From Eukaryota sp. TZLM1-RC (taxonomy: Eukaryota; Protista; Metamonada: BaSk clade), in contig JAUPSS010000004.1 of the NCBI GenBank assembly GCA_040285825.1, forward strand, positions 2,770,550-2,834,549: DNA of 64,000 nt, in the 5' to 3' direction. Under the pieces are notes generated by a model. That model was not told the origin of the DNA and did no database searches. It was given only the letters and a program-made list of their open reading frames with translations. This document shows positions 42,301 to 55,168 of the stretch, in pieces (the stretch's first letter is position 1; every line of letters starts with the position of its first letter). The position numbers were made by a program, and so were the translations under genes.

Positions 42301-43632
42301 TTTTTGAATAATAAACTAAGTTAACCCAGCGTTTTTGCTTTTGTTGATGATCTTATGTATTGGTCATTCAGTTTGATCAATACGTCTGTGGATTTCATCT
42401 CAAATAGATATTACACCCTATGTCACAGATACTTCCCACTTTATTCACTTATATAGTTATAATGTCCTTAGTTGAGCCTGTCCCAATTCAGTACAAATTG
42501 AAGTATACAACTATCTTGGCTGTGGAGGTCGACGTTTTGGATGCCGTAACTTCAGAATTACTCTCTTCCCTTTTGACTGAGCATTATAAACAGCAAGCTG
42601 AGAAGAATAACAAAGTTGTACATCCTGAAACTAATTTTTGCAGTAGCCTACAGACTCACAGGGAACTTTGGCTCTAGAACTTAAGTTCTTTTCTTTTCAG
42701 TTTGGGTATAAGAACTAGTTCAAAAGCTGCCTTAACCAATGACGTAGCAGATTCTTTCAAAAAAGTTGCCCCTGTCGAAGACACTCAGTATTCAGATCTA
42801 AATTAAATCTTCAAACAATGATTTTTACTAAACTTGATGTTGATAGTTCTTTAAATCCAGATGAATTTAGAAAAATTGTCCTTTTTACCATGTAAACAGG
42901 GTGATGTGAACGGAGAAAAGTTCTGCTAGCCACTGTGGTCAAATAAATAACTACAATCAAAGTTCCTTGTTCTCAAAAGTTGTTGTAAGACCTACACCTG
43001 AGACAAATACCAGACGTAACCAAGTCGATATGGTAGATTGAGATACCCAAAAATATTCAGCAACATCTTGTTGCGTTTATTCTAGGAAGACTTAGGTGTA
43101 AATTGCGCGAATCTTGGTGTCTTTGCTTGCATGTATTTGCAGGCGTCTAAAAGTATCAGGAGACAACCGTAAGTCGATAGCAGCTCCCAAAAAATCCTAT
43201 AAAACTTGTAAGAAAAGAGACGTGAGAAATGCGTGAGGAGAGAATAGAAATTGACCTAATATTGATCACATGTGAAGCACACCTTATAAATTATTGTTCA
43301 TACATAGGATTATCAATTTTGCAGTTCATAATTCCTTGAAATATCCATAGATTGTGGACAATATGCCATTATTTTCAATAACGATTTGTTATTTGTGTGA
43401 AAATTAAATGTTTAGATTTTTGATCAAATTATAATAATTCGAAATGCAGTAGTGTCACAAATGCTGTATTAAACTAAACAAAAACAACAATTGAGGAAAA
43501 AACAACAATTTACAAAAGGTTTTTACCTGCTTTGCACTGTACACAATTTGATTTAAAAAGCGCTCAAACAATAAAAAATCAAACTAACAAAAAAAGAAAA
43601 CAAAACCACTGCCACGTAATCATGACAAAGCA

Positions 43633-44385
43633 CTAAGATAGCCTATAACAAATCCTAATTGTTTGTCTGGTCAAGGGATCAATACTACTTTGACTCAACC
43701 AATCACTTAAACTTTGTGAATCATACAGGAACACATGGAAACCACCATCTTGTCTAGGGTGAAAGACGGCAGTGACATTAGAAACAAGGGTGCGATTGGG
43801 AGTAATCAGAGGATCCAGGGTAATAGGATCTGTTGCATTATCACTTATAGCATTAATAATGGCTTCAATACAATCGCTTGCGAGCATTACAGGCAGATTG
43901 GTTAAGAATTCAGGACTTGCACCTAATTCAAGCAGTTGTTGGTATTCTACGTGTTGAGGGTTGAGGAACTCATCTGGAATCTCCACACCTTGATCCGCAA
44001 ATGGTGCAGGTGGTGCTGAAGGTACAGTGGAATCTTCTTGTCTTGCTTTACGCATAAGGAAGTTGAGGACTTGATTAGGATTCTCTAGTAGGGCAAGTAG
44101 GGGCATTAATCTGGTTATGGCCAAAGCCCAGTTACCTTTGAGTAGACTGTCAAAAACATCAAAGAGTCTGGCTTCAAGTAGGTGACGTTGACGTTGCGTG
44201 AGAGGGTTATCGGACTGAATAAAATTTATGGTTAATTGTACAAGAGCATATGTAGAGACAGATCGTACAGCAGCACCAGCTAGTGTGGATAGAAGTGAAG
44301 GAGATTGCCGTCGTAGGTATTGGCGATTGGTGCTGCGATGTGGTGGTGGCAAAGAATGCTGAGGTTTGGAGAAGAGAGGCCCCAT
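43633..44385 (-). CDS. Hypothetical protein with U-box-like C-terminus
   Basis: DPITLDPL..YDSQSLSDWL..DPLTRQ resembles U-box; MG..FS N-terminus may be myristoylated. Confidence 0.55.
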   Translation of the reverse strand: MGPLFSKPQHSLPPPHRSTNRQYLRRQSPSLLSTLAGAAVRSVSTYALVQLTINFIQSDNPLTQRQRHLLEARLFDVFDSLLKGNWALAITRLMPLLALLENPNQVLNFLMRKARQEDSTVPSAPPAPFADQGVEIPDEFLNPQHVEYQQLLELGASPEFLTNLPVMLASDCIEAIINAISDNATDPITLDPLITPNRTLVSNVTAVFHPRQDGGFHVFLYDSQSLSDWLSQSSIDPLTRQTIRICYRLS

Positions 44386-44464
44386 TCTTATAGATATTAT
44401 CTATAACAATGGAATAAGTGTTTTTGTCACCAATATAAGGGGTTGTTTTTTTAAAAAACTGGAA

Positions 44465-47400
44465 TATTTATTGAGATAAAAAAACCCATCTAGAATTCAA
44501 TATCCTCCAAACAAGCTTCACTATTACTAAACCTACTCACAGCATTACGTTCATATTCTACACCAATAGGCAAAAGTGCCTTTGAAATCATTGTTGGAAT
44601 AGACTTGAAAATGCAAAAAACAATTCTATTAAACCAGAAAGTGGAATTCATTGTTTTACCAGACCTATTTAGTAACACTTTTTTGAAATTTTCAAAAAGT
44701 GCAACCCTCAAGGTCCAATATTGCCAAAAAGAGAAATTGCAAACGGCACAAACTGATATTTCACATGTTCCACACTACCAAACTGTGCCAAAGGTTCTTC
44801 CTATTTTTTATCTTCTTTTTTCGGCGTTAGATAACAGTGAATCAGCGGAATACACTAAACGAGCAGCAGAATTTTGGCAAACATCAACTGAGACAACATC
44901 CACGACATTGAGAACACCAGCGATCTCTGGAGCTCCTATATCTGCCCTTTTTTTACCAAAGAAATCATCAGTTTGATCTGAAGACAGCTTACGTACTAAC
45001 GGTTCAACAAATGCCTCTATATTGAAACTTTTGCACATGGCATATAATTGATCACGAACTGCGACATGAATTATTGAGCCTTAAGTTATAAAATACTTAC
45101 AGTTTAAAATATGGGAAAGCGTAACAACACTCTTGCAGCGACAAATTAAATCATTTGGTAAAGAACAAGGCCATATAAAACATCTCATTCTCATTGCAGT
45201 GGTCCATTGGTGATCATTGAGTAGAAGGCCATAAATATTGGGAATTTGGGAGATTAGGCAACTTGAGCAACTGTCTTCAAGATCAATCAAACAGTTTGCA
45301 AAAACGGGATTTTTTCTGTAGCCAAGCTAAGACGTACAATATAATCCAAGTTTTCTAAAACTTTCAAGATTTTGTTCTGCAATTTTGCAAAAGTCCGTGG
45401 TAAGGAGAGCAAGCTTCTTGGAGGAAGTTCCACACTATCAGATGGGAAACATTTAGACCAAATATTGGGTGAAAGAGTTTCAATTTCCTGTTGCAAAGAA
45501 ATAAGATAAGAGCTGCCACAATTTTCAATGAGATCAATTTTTTCTGGAAAGCAATTCACAAATTCATAAATAAAATTTTTAACACCTTCAATAAAGGCAG
45601 CTTTACAAAGGTAGCTTGATTTATGAAAATCAACACCACCAGAATTTGTACCACAAAAAATGTGGCTTCGTAACTGAGATGCATCAATTTCCAAGAATTT
45701 TGCGAAAAAATTGGCTCTTTGTTCATTAAAAATTCGACAAAACTCCAAAGAAATTGATTATGATGTTGGTTATCAAAATATGAGTAAATTTTCCAGAATA
45801 ACAAATTTTTAGGAAAAAGAATTTCAAATGTTTCTCAATATTTAAATTTTCTATTGATTCTAATTCATTTCCAAATTGAGTCAACATAGTCGAGAGTTGT
45901 CTTCTGACGTCTTCAGTATTTCCGAGATAACAACCCAAAAAACGAAAACCAGACTGATCATAATTGATAAAGGGGACATTGACATCATTAATGAAAAAAT
46001 CAATTGGTTGATGGCCAATAATCAAACATTTGGAAATATTCAATGAGAGACCAATATCTTCATAACGCTGGTGAATACAAGTTGCTATTTGTTTGAGAAT
46101 TGTAATAGGAGCAATTACAGAAATGTCATCCATATATGCTACAATATCTATTTCTGGGAATTTTTTTTAATTCGAACATTAATGGATGAATTGCCAGACA
46201 AAAGAAAAAAGGACCCAGTGGATCGCCTTGTTTAACACCTGAAGAAGAAAGTAGGTCAAAGTTTTCATAGAACATTGTTGATGATTTTCCATAAAATGAA
46301 TAGAAAAAAGGTTCAACTTCAGGAAAATGCTTTCGCAGCAAAGGAAAAATGGAAGAACGAGATACAGAATTAAAAGCATTCTTAAAATCTAAATTGAAGA
46401 CGTAATTAGAATAATTAGAATTAAAAAACACATCAGACGAAAGAGCAGCAGATGAAGCACCATCAAATGTCTTGATTCCAAATTGAAATGGACTGAAAAA
46501 TTCTTTGGCATTTTCCCAATTCTATTAAAAACAAGAGACGCAAGAATTCTTGAAAACGATTCTCCGATTGCAATTGGACGGATTTTGGATTGACTATTTT
46601 TGAGAGCAATTAAGCGAGCACTGGTCATCTCAAAAGGGACTTTAATTTTTAACGTAAGAAGATTGTTAAAAAAAGAACAAGATCATCAGCAATTTCAGGA
46701 CACTGTCCAACAGCCGATTTGATCATGTCAAAATTTAACAATGATGGCCCAGAAGCTTGTCCAGTAGGCATTTGCTGAATCAGTTTCAATACCTCTGAAG
46801 CATTGACCGGATTTTGCAGCCAATAATCAACTGAATCTGGTTTAGTACAATGAAAATTTTCTTCTGGATGAAGATGATTCAATTGGAACAATGTGCTTTC
46901 ATTACATTCAGCTAGATCAGAAGAGAATGGACATTGTTTTGCAGATCCAAAACGTCCTTTTAAAGCTAATTTTCTTACTAATTTTTCTTTCGAAAAAACA
47001 TTTTTTTAAAAAATTTGATATTTTCGATAAAAGTTTTTTATCTTTTTTCAGAAAAAATTTCCAAATCGGTGTGACATCCCATAATCCTTTACGGAGATTT
47101 TCAGTGAAAGCACGAAGAACAACAGCAAAAGGTATCGAAGCCAACGGACTAAGCTGAGCAGGAACACGAATGGGACAACGTAGCTGATCAGCAGCAACAC
47201 ATGAATCACAAAAAAGTAAAGGTCGACCAGAATCGTTGACAGCAACATGTTTTTGAAAAAAACACATATTTTCTCATCTTTTTGCTCTTCTTTGTCAGAA
47301 ATGTTATCGGGAATCTCAATTAAAAATTCATTTTCAGGATTGTGTGATAACGAAAAATTTAAATCAGCAATAGCAGCACGAGCATTAAGTTTTTTCTTTT

Positions 47401-47560
47401 GAATAAGCGGACAAGTTGAAATGTTATGTCCGGATTTTCGACATTTACTACATTTGCGGCGTGGTTTAGAAAAATTTTCATTTAAATTTTCTTCCAATAA
47501 TTTTCCAGCATGGAGTGACAAATGGGGAGAATGAGAACGTTCGCAAACTAGTTCAGTAAT
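44465..47560 (-). mobile_element. Family C non-LTR retrotransposon, near full length, multiply frameshifted
   Basis: N-terminal CSKCRKSGHNISTC; ASGPS, RLIAL..IRPIAIGE, LDFKNAFNS, GVKQGDPLGP, YMDD, CRCK..HILNC, RAD..VVDV; ends EDIEF*. Confidence 0.9.
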
Positions 47561-48283
47561 TCTAACATTGGTTTTGGCAAGATTTTCTTGTTACCATTTC
47601 AAATAACTTTTTGAATTTTCATCAACATTTGCCCTTTGTAGGTATTTCGGTCTATCTTTTCCATATTACAGGTTCTTCCAACATTGTCCTTAATTGTCAT
47701 CCATTTACTCGAACATTCTTTTTTGTACTCAAAATAATGGCCTATAATCCATAGGCTATGGATGAGATTGACTTTATTGGGCACTTGTCAACAATTGAAG
47801 AAATTGCACAAGAATTTTCCTATTTACCATCAAGTGATAGGAGAAAGCAGTGAATCCATTTTTCTGAATCAATTTTTGAAATTTCTCTATCTTGTTGGCA
47901 CCTTTAGGCTTAAATAGTATAAGGGCAAAATAAATCTACTTTACCCCATTCTCGTTATTCTAAATCTCCGAATTTAATGTAAAAGAATGTTGAACTTCAA
48001 ATTGTCCCTAAAAGATCTTTCCAATTTGCCAGTTGCCAGTCTTTCCGAAAACACAGCTACGACATTTCTGCATCCACCAGTGAAAGCACACGAAGTAAGA
48101 ATTGATGCTTTGATCCATCCTCACCACTTTATTGTGGACTAAGGTAAGCATGATTAGGAATCTGGGACATTTTACACCCGATGAGTTGAAACAAAACTCA
48201 AGCACTTAATTCATTAAATTTTTGAGCCACAAGTCTAGCGATAAGAGGATCAATAGATCGAAATATATGATTGAAATTTGAAT

Positions 48284-50225
48284 GTTTTTTTATTTATTGA
48301 ACATGCACACTTAGTTAAAATAACTCATAACTAATGGGTCGACTATCATTGAACCAAGATTTCCTCTACAAAATCTTGATCTGCTTGCTGTCTAGCTAAA
48401 GCTTCTCTTATTCGATTAAAAAACCGTGGTAATCTATTAATAATGGCAAATTGAATCCGTGAACGCCATAAAACAATATCAAATCTTTTCATTGTTTTTT
48501 CTTGCACCATTTTTTGGAAGTCATTCAAAAAAGTTTCTGCTTCAACTGATAGTCTTCCATTTATCGAAAATGGGAAAGCAATAAAAACCAGCTGTGTATT
48601 TCTATCGACATTAGCCTCTTCAATATCTTTATCATATTTTCTATGTTTCTCTTTTGCTTTAAAATCCAGAGCAGCCACAGGATTAAGTTTTCTTCTGTGA
48701 ACCAAAGTATCATTTGCAACATTGCATGAGACAAAGTCAACAATAGCTTCAGAATTATCAATCCAATCACAGTATACATCACCTCTATCACCAGAACCAA
48801 AATTATTCAGAGAAAGTGTTTCCTTCAGCAGAGGCTCTTTGATACACGATATTCTTGCATTTTGTGTCATATTGAAAACAGTGTCTCTAACAGCATCATG
48901 TAATGAAGAACGATAAGTTATCAATTTAGAGCAATTCAGAGCATGGCGCAAAGTGAGTTGAGGTGAATTCGAACAAATACATTTTTCTTTTGATAATAAT
49001 TGATTAATGGGGATATTCAAATATAATCTCATTTTTGTTACAAATGCTTCATTAGCGGCACACAATCCAAATCTTCGTGGTACAATGGTTACAAAAAGTG
49101 AAGAATCTGATGACTTATTTTCACAAACACCCTTTTCCAATAACAATGAGTGAAGATCTTGATTTAAAACAGCCGAGCTGCATATATTTTTATAAAGATC
49201 ATTTTCATACATTCCAGTCAATCGTTTCTGTAATTTTCGAAGAGTGTACTTCAAATTTAAAACATTTTTTTCTGGAATATTGCCATTAAATGATTGGGGA
49301 AAGCATCGACCCCATTTTTTTACATCAATTTTTGAAATTTCTTCATTTAATGCAAAAACAGTGGAACTTTGCGTTGTCATCAATAAATCTTCCCAATCTG
49401 CAAATCTTTCGTAAAACTCAAAGATTGCATTTCTGCATCCACCAACAAAAGCACACGAGGTAAGAATAGAAGCCTTCGTCCACCCTAAACCGCCATAATG
49501 TGGACTAAGGTAAGCATGATCTGGAATTTGGAACATTTTACATCCCAGTAATTGTGACAAAACTTTTGCACGTAACTCATTAAACTTCTGAGCCAAAGGT
49601 CTAGTGACGAGAGGATTGTTAGATCGAAATATATGATTAAAATTGGAACTAAAACACAGTCTTATAATGGTAAATTTGATGTGTTTTTGTATATCTAAAT
49701 TCATCATTCGGTCAATTTTTTCAGAAATTGAGTTCAACTTTTCAAACAATTTTTTGGTAATTTCATCATTATTTCCTAAAAACGAACCCAAATGACGAAT
49801 AGCATCGATTGAATATAATTTGGCTTGAATTTCAATACCATCAACTATTGTGGAAACTGGAGAATTCGATAACAAAACACATTTAAGTAAATTAAGTCGG
49901 AGACCAATTTTGGTAAATAATTCTTTAAAACATACAGTTGCTTGTTTCACAATATTTAAATCACCAATAAGCACAACATCATCCATATATGCAATCATTT
50001 TTAGTGAAGGAAACATCTCTTGAATTTGCAGTAAAATAGGATGAATGGCCAAACAAAACAAAAGAGGTCCTAACGGATCTCCTTGCTTTACACCACTTGA
50101 TGAACTCAAAATGTTATTACCAAAATGTAAATTGGAATATGTGCAATATGTTGATTGAAAATATGGCATTAATTCCGGCATATATTGCAATAGAGCACTA
50201 TTGATACTGCGACGACTGCATATAT
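48284..50225 (-). mobile_element. Family A non-LTR, young 5'-truncated copy with open 614-aa ORF (48346-50190), nested in an older family A remnant
   Basis: GVKQGDPLGP, AYMDD, GLRLNLLKC, GGLG, CIC..HALNC, RGD..VD..KEK; short A tail; AAATTTGAAT TSD at 48274-48283 and 50226-50235. Confidence 0.95.
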
Positions 50226-50610
50226 AAATTTGAATTGAAACAGAATCCTACTATGATAAATTTAATTTGTTTCTATACATCCAATTTCATCATTTGGTTA
50301 ATTGATTCAAAAATCATATTCAATGTTTTCAATAATTATTTGCAGTTGTCATCAGTATTTTCTAAAAACGCACCTAGATGACGAACTGAATGAGATGTAT
50401 AGCATGGTTACAATTGTGTAACCACCAACTATTGTTGAAATAAATATAAAAAAAACATACACACTTAATAAAATTATTTCATAACTAATGGGACGAAATT
50501 CTGTAACAAAGCACCATGAATACTACAACGACTCATTTTCATCTATTGTTGAAATTGGAGAATTTGATTCTTTCATCAACCACCCTTTAACATTATTTTG
50601 CTATCAGCTC

Positions 50611-53436
50611 ATGCTCACAACAGAGGAACTTCATGCTGTACATTCCAATCCCGCACTTATACGAAACATTTGTATCATCTCTCATGTAGACCATGGCAAA
50701 TCCACTCTTGCAGACTCTCTTCTTTCTTCCAATGCTGTCATCTCTCCATCCAGTGCAGGCCTCATCCGTTACATGGATAACAGACCTGATGAACAAGAAC
50801 GTGGAATTACAATGAAGTCTTCTGCTCATGCCCTCGCATGTGTACATGACTCCAAACCCTACGGCATCATGCTCGTCGACACTCCTGGTCATGTAGACTT
50901 TGCCGTTGAAGTCACAGCGGCAATGTCCATGGCTGACGGTGCTCTTATTCTGGTAGATGCTGTTGAAGGCCTCTGCGCTCAAACCTATGCGGTAATGAGA
51001 AGCGCTTTTGAATCTGATATAGTACCTATTCTGGTTATAAATAAGATTGATCGACTTGTCACTGAGCTGAGGGAGAGTCCAATTGATTCATATAAAAGGC
51101 TAAGAAATTTGATTGAGCAGGTCAATGTTGCTGTTGCTTCAATGCTTTCAGAAAGCGCGTTTAGTAGAATATTAAGTCATGTAGAAAAAAGGAAAGTTCA
51201 ATCAAATGTTAATCAATCAAATGTCGATGATGATGATTTATTTGTTGATTTTGATGAATTAGATTTGGAAACTAGCAAACGGCTATTCAACCCCCTCAAC
51301 GGAAACGTATTATTCTCTTCGGCAACTGATCGATTTTGTTTTTCACCCCTCGACTTTGTTGATCTCTACCACGACAAGATGAAATTTTCAAAAAAAGTTC
51401 TACGTAAAACTCTCTGGGGTGATTACTATTTCTCAAAAGGTGGAAGAAGTATTACATCTACCGAAAGTAAAGCTAGTAATTCCACCCCATTATTCGCAAA
51501 GTTGGTGTTGGAGCCTTTATGGCGAGTTTATAACAATTTTTATTTAAATCCTAATATGGAAAAAGCTAAGAATATAATTAAAATTTTAGGTCTGAATGTA
51601 CCGTCACGTGATCTGGCGTGTCTTAATGACAAGAAGGGTTTGACTGACAAGAAGGGATCACTCAAATCAATCCTGTCACGTTGGTTACCGTTGGCCCCCA
51701 GAGTGTTGTCGACAGTCATTCAGCACGTTCCCTCTCCTCAGCAATGTTCTTTATCTCGATTCCAAAAGCTCACTGTCGAAAATTTAAGTATCATGACACG
51801 TTTAGGTCAAAATTCCACGTCACCTTTGATTTGTTCCATTGCTAAAGTATTTATCATTGGTAGAGACGTTGAAGCATCCTCGATTGAAGATTCTAATGAA
51901 TTACCTTTTTTTGATACTCCTTTTTTGGCGATTTTACGTGTTTGGTTTGGTAAGATTTCTATTGGTGATGAAATTTGTATTAAATCAACCAAAAATAATG
52001 AAGTCAAGTCTTGCAAAGTTGAAGGGATATATCTTCCCCTTGGTTCTAGGTTTTCTTCTATACCAAATGCTTGTGCTGGTTCTGTTATCGCGGTTAGAGG
52101 TTGCGAGGGGTTCTTTCACAAGGGTGGAATTGCTTTTTCTCCTTGTTTGCTGACGTCATCAGATCATAAAGACACGTCATCAGCTCAAATTCCTATTTTC
52201 AAATCAATGGAAACTAGAAATTACCCAGTCGTCAAGGTTGAAGTCTCTCCTTTCTCATTGGGCAACAATGCCTCCTTCCTCAAGGCTCTCTCTTGGCTGG
52301 ACCAGTCAGACCCCTCTGTTGAGGTTGGGGTCCTTGGTTCAGGTGGTCATTTCGTTGCAGGTTCTGGTGATCTTCATTTAGCACAATGCTTATCTGATTT
52401 GGCACGATGGACGGGGTGTAAAATAAAAACTTCACCGCCTATTTTTTCTTTAAGAGAAACTGTTTCTGTAGAGCGACCCCAGGCAGCTAGCAGAATCACT
52501 GTTGATCTCGGTAATATTTCTTTGACATTGAGGGTATTTTCACTTCCATTCGAGGCTTCACAATACCTTACCACCATCCCCTCCATCGTTAAATCTGCCG
52601 TTAGTGGAGAGCCAGATGCCATTAGTGTGGTGAAGGAAGGTTTAAGTAAATTTAATTCACGAGTAAATAGGCTAGTCGATAAAGACTTAATTTGGGCCTT
52701 TGGACCCCGTCACAATGGGTCATGTCTGCTGGTGAACAATCTTGATGATGATGTTAAACGCGAAATGAAGTGGGATTCGGTATTTGGGAAGGACACGAAG
52801 GAGAAGGGAAGTGCTTTTGATTCAATTTGCAATGCCATCAGGTCTGCATTCCAGGTATTTTGTCTTGCTGGACCCCTCTGCGGTGAGCCTTTGGTTGGAG
52901 TGGTGGTGATGATTGATAGTATTGTTTTTGATTCTTCAAGTGATTCTGCTTCTTCAAACATCATCTCCTCTCTCATAGATGGTTATACCAGAGGTTTTAT
53001 GGCTTCTTCGCCTCGCCTAGCAGAAGCGATGCTCAAATGTGATATTAGTACTCCTCAAGGAGCGCTTTCGTCCGTTTATGCTGTTCTGTCAAAGAGAAGA
53101 AGTAAGATTACGTTGGAAGAACTTCGAGATGGTTCTGATACTTTTGTAATTAGTTGTTTCATTCCTTTATTAGAGTCATTTGGTTTTGTTGAGGATTTAA
53201 GAAGTCAATCGAGTGGACAAGCATCTGCGCAAATCAGTTTTGATCATTGGAGGTTGATTGATGATGACCCCTTGCATGTACCTGATGAAGAAGAGCTTGA
53301 GGAATATGGGGATAAGGGGATTGTAGCTCCAAATGTTGCTAGAGACTGTATGAATCTTCTTCGTAGGAGGAAAGGGTTGTTGGTCAAGGATGATTATATT
53401 TTGGATGGGCAAAAGCAAAGGACTTTAAAGAGATAG
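50611..53436 (+). CDS. EFL1: Elongation factor-like GTPase 1 (Ria1; 60S ribosome maturation)
   Basis: IRNICIISHVDHGKSTLADSL, ERGITMKSS, DTPGHVDF, NKID, and EFL1-type C-terminus NVARDCMNLLRRRKGL..KQRTLK. An upstream in-frame ATG at 50488 is TE-derived. Confidence 0.92.
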   Translation: MLTTEELHAVHSNPALIRNICIISHVDHGKSTLADSLLSSNAVISPSSAGLIRYMDNRPDEQERGITMKSSAHALACVHDSKPYGIMLVDTPGHVDFAVEVTAAMSMADGALILVDAVEGLCAQTYAVMRSAFESDIVPILVINKIDRLVTELRESPIDSYKRLRNLIEQVNVAVASMLSESAFSRILSHVEKRKVQSNVNQSNVDDDDLFVDFDELDLETSKRLFNPLNGNVLFSSATDRFCFSPLDFVDLYHDKMKFSKKVLRKTLWGDYYFSKGGRSITSTESKASNSTPLFAKLVLEPLWRVYNNFYLNPNMEKAKNIIKILGLNVPSRDLACLNDKKGLTDKKGSLKSILSRWLPLAPRVLSTVIQHVPSPQQCSLSRFQKLTVENLSIMTRLGQNSTSPLICSIAKVFIIGRDVEASSIEDSNELPFFDTPFLAILRVWFGKISIGDEICIKSTKNNEVKSCKVEGIYLPLGSRFSSIPNACAGSVIAVRGCEGFFHKGGIAFSPCLLTSSDHKDTSSAQIPIFKSMETRNYPVVKVEVSPFSLGNNASFLKALSWLDQSDPSVEVGVLGSGGHFVAGSGDLHLAQCLSDLARWTGCKIKTSPPIFSLRETVSVERPQAASRITVDLGNISLTLRVFSLPFEASQYLTTIPSIVKSAVSGEPDAISVVKEGLSKFNSRVNRLVDKDLIWAFGPRHNGSCLLVNNLDDDVKREMKWDSVFGKDTKEKGSAFDSICNAIRSAFQVFCLAGPLCGEPLVGVVVMIDSIVFDSSSDSASSNIISSLIDGYTRGFMASSPRLAEAMLKCDISTPQGALSSVYAVLSKRRSKITLEELRDGSDTFVISCFIPLLESFGFVEDLRSQSSGQASAQISFDHWRLIDDDPLHVPDEEELEEYGDKGIVAPNVARDCMNLLRRRKGLLVKDDYILDGQKQRTLKR

Positions 53437-53649
53437 CGTTGGTATTTTTTTGAATTAGTTTTGTGTACATTTTCTTGGAATTTCTTTTAAATTTAGTTTT
53501 TTGTTTCTCTTTAATACATTGATAATCCATGATATTTTTCGACTCAACTGTTAGGGAAAAAATACGAAGAATCTTTGGCACAACAATAGTTATGTTTGTT
53601 TGGAGGATATGTTTACAATAAAAAACAAAAAAAATGTTTGCAGGATATT

Positions 53650-54002
53650 TAAAAATTTTATTTATTGAATTTGTACACTTAATTAAATTAACTCAATACT
53701 AATGGGACGACTATCATTGAATCAAGATTTCCTCTACAAAATCTTGATCTGCTTGCTGTCTAGCTAAAGCTTCTCTTATTCGATTGAAAAACCGTGGTAA
53801 TCTATTAATAATGGCAAATTGAATCCGTGAACGCCATAAAAATATATCAAATCTTCTCATTGTTTTTTCTTGCACCATTTTTTGGAAGTCATTCAAAAAA
53901 ATTTCTGCTTCAACTGATAATCTTCCATTTATCGAAAATGGGAAAGCAATAAAAACCAGCTGTGTATTTCTATCAACATTAGCATCTTCAATATCTTTAT
54001 CT
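53650..54002 (-). mobile_element. Short family A 3' fragment with 13-bp TSD
   Basis: TTTGCAGGATATT at 53637-53649 and 54003-54015; absent from the left duplication arm. Confidence 0.9.
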
Positions 54003-54214
54003 TTTGCAGGATATTGAATACTAGACAGAATTTTATTTCAATATCAATACAGTATATAAAAAAACTGTTAGGGATCTAATTCTTCTGAGTTCCTGAAATT
54101 GTGGTTATCAAAATTCACCAAAACTAATCTATTAACCACATTTACCTTTCTTCTATTTCATTCTTTGTTTTTTTTACGCTTGCTTGTCTGTTGTAATCAC
54201 TAAAAAATGGGCTC

Positions 54215-54945
54215 AAAAACGAGATTAAATCTGAATACCCATATTAATCAATTGTTATTAAAAGAAAAATGTATTTGTTCGAATTCACCACAGCTCACTT
54301 TGCGCCATGCTCTAAATTGATAAATTATCGTTCTTCATTACATGATGCTGGTAGAGACACTGTTTTCAATATGACGCGAACTGCAAGAATATCGTATATC
54401 AAAGAGCCCCTGTTGAAAGAAACATTGTCATTGAATAATTTTGGCTCTGATGATAGAGGTGATGTATACTGTGATTGGATTGAGATCTCTGAAGCTATTG
54501 TTAACTTTGTCTTCTGTAATGTTGCAAATGACACTTTGGTTCACAGAAGAAAACTTAATTCTGTGAGTGCTCTTGATTTTAAGCAAAAGGAAAACATAGA
54601 AAATATGATAAAGATATTGAAGAGGCTAATGCTGATAGAAATACACAGCTGGTTTTTATTGCTTTCCCATTTTCGATAAATGGAAGATTATCAGTTGAAG
54701 CAGAAATTTTTTTGAATGACTTCCAAAAAATGGTGCAAGAAAAAACAATGAATAGATTTGATATTTTTTCGGCGCTCTCGAATTTAATTTGCCATTATTA
54801 AAAGATAACCTAGGTTTTTCAATCGAATAAGAGAAGCTTTAGCTAGACAGCAAGCAGGTCATGATTTTGTAGAGGAAATCTTGGTTCAATGATAGTCGTC
54901 CCATTAGTTATGAATGAATTTTGTAAAGTGTGCAGGTTCAATAGA
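54215..54945 (+). mobile_element. Family A non-LTR 3' fragment (duplicate of 4970-5715)
   Basis: RLE remnants and family 3' UTR; same flanks as the left-arm copy. Confidence 0.88.
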
Positions 54946-55168
54946 TTAATTCAGTAAAAAAATGGGTATCCTTGTTGGATATAAAATTGAGCAGAATAAA
55001 AATTATGACCAAATTTTCAAGTCACCTAGTGATAATTTCAATCAAAAAATCAATCAAAAATAATGTTAACATTGTCAGCCTACATTGATTCTCCAATTGT
55101 ATTTGCCTATTTAAACCAACTATTGATCATTATTTGCCAAAAAACTCTTTATTTTGAAACTATTTACT

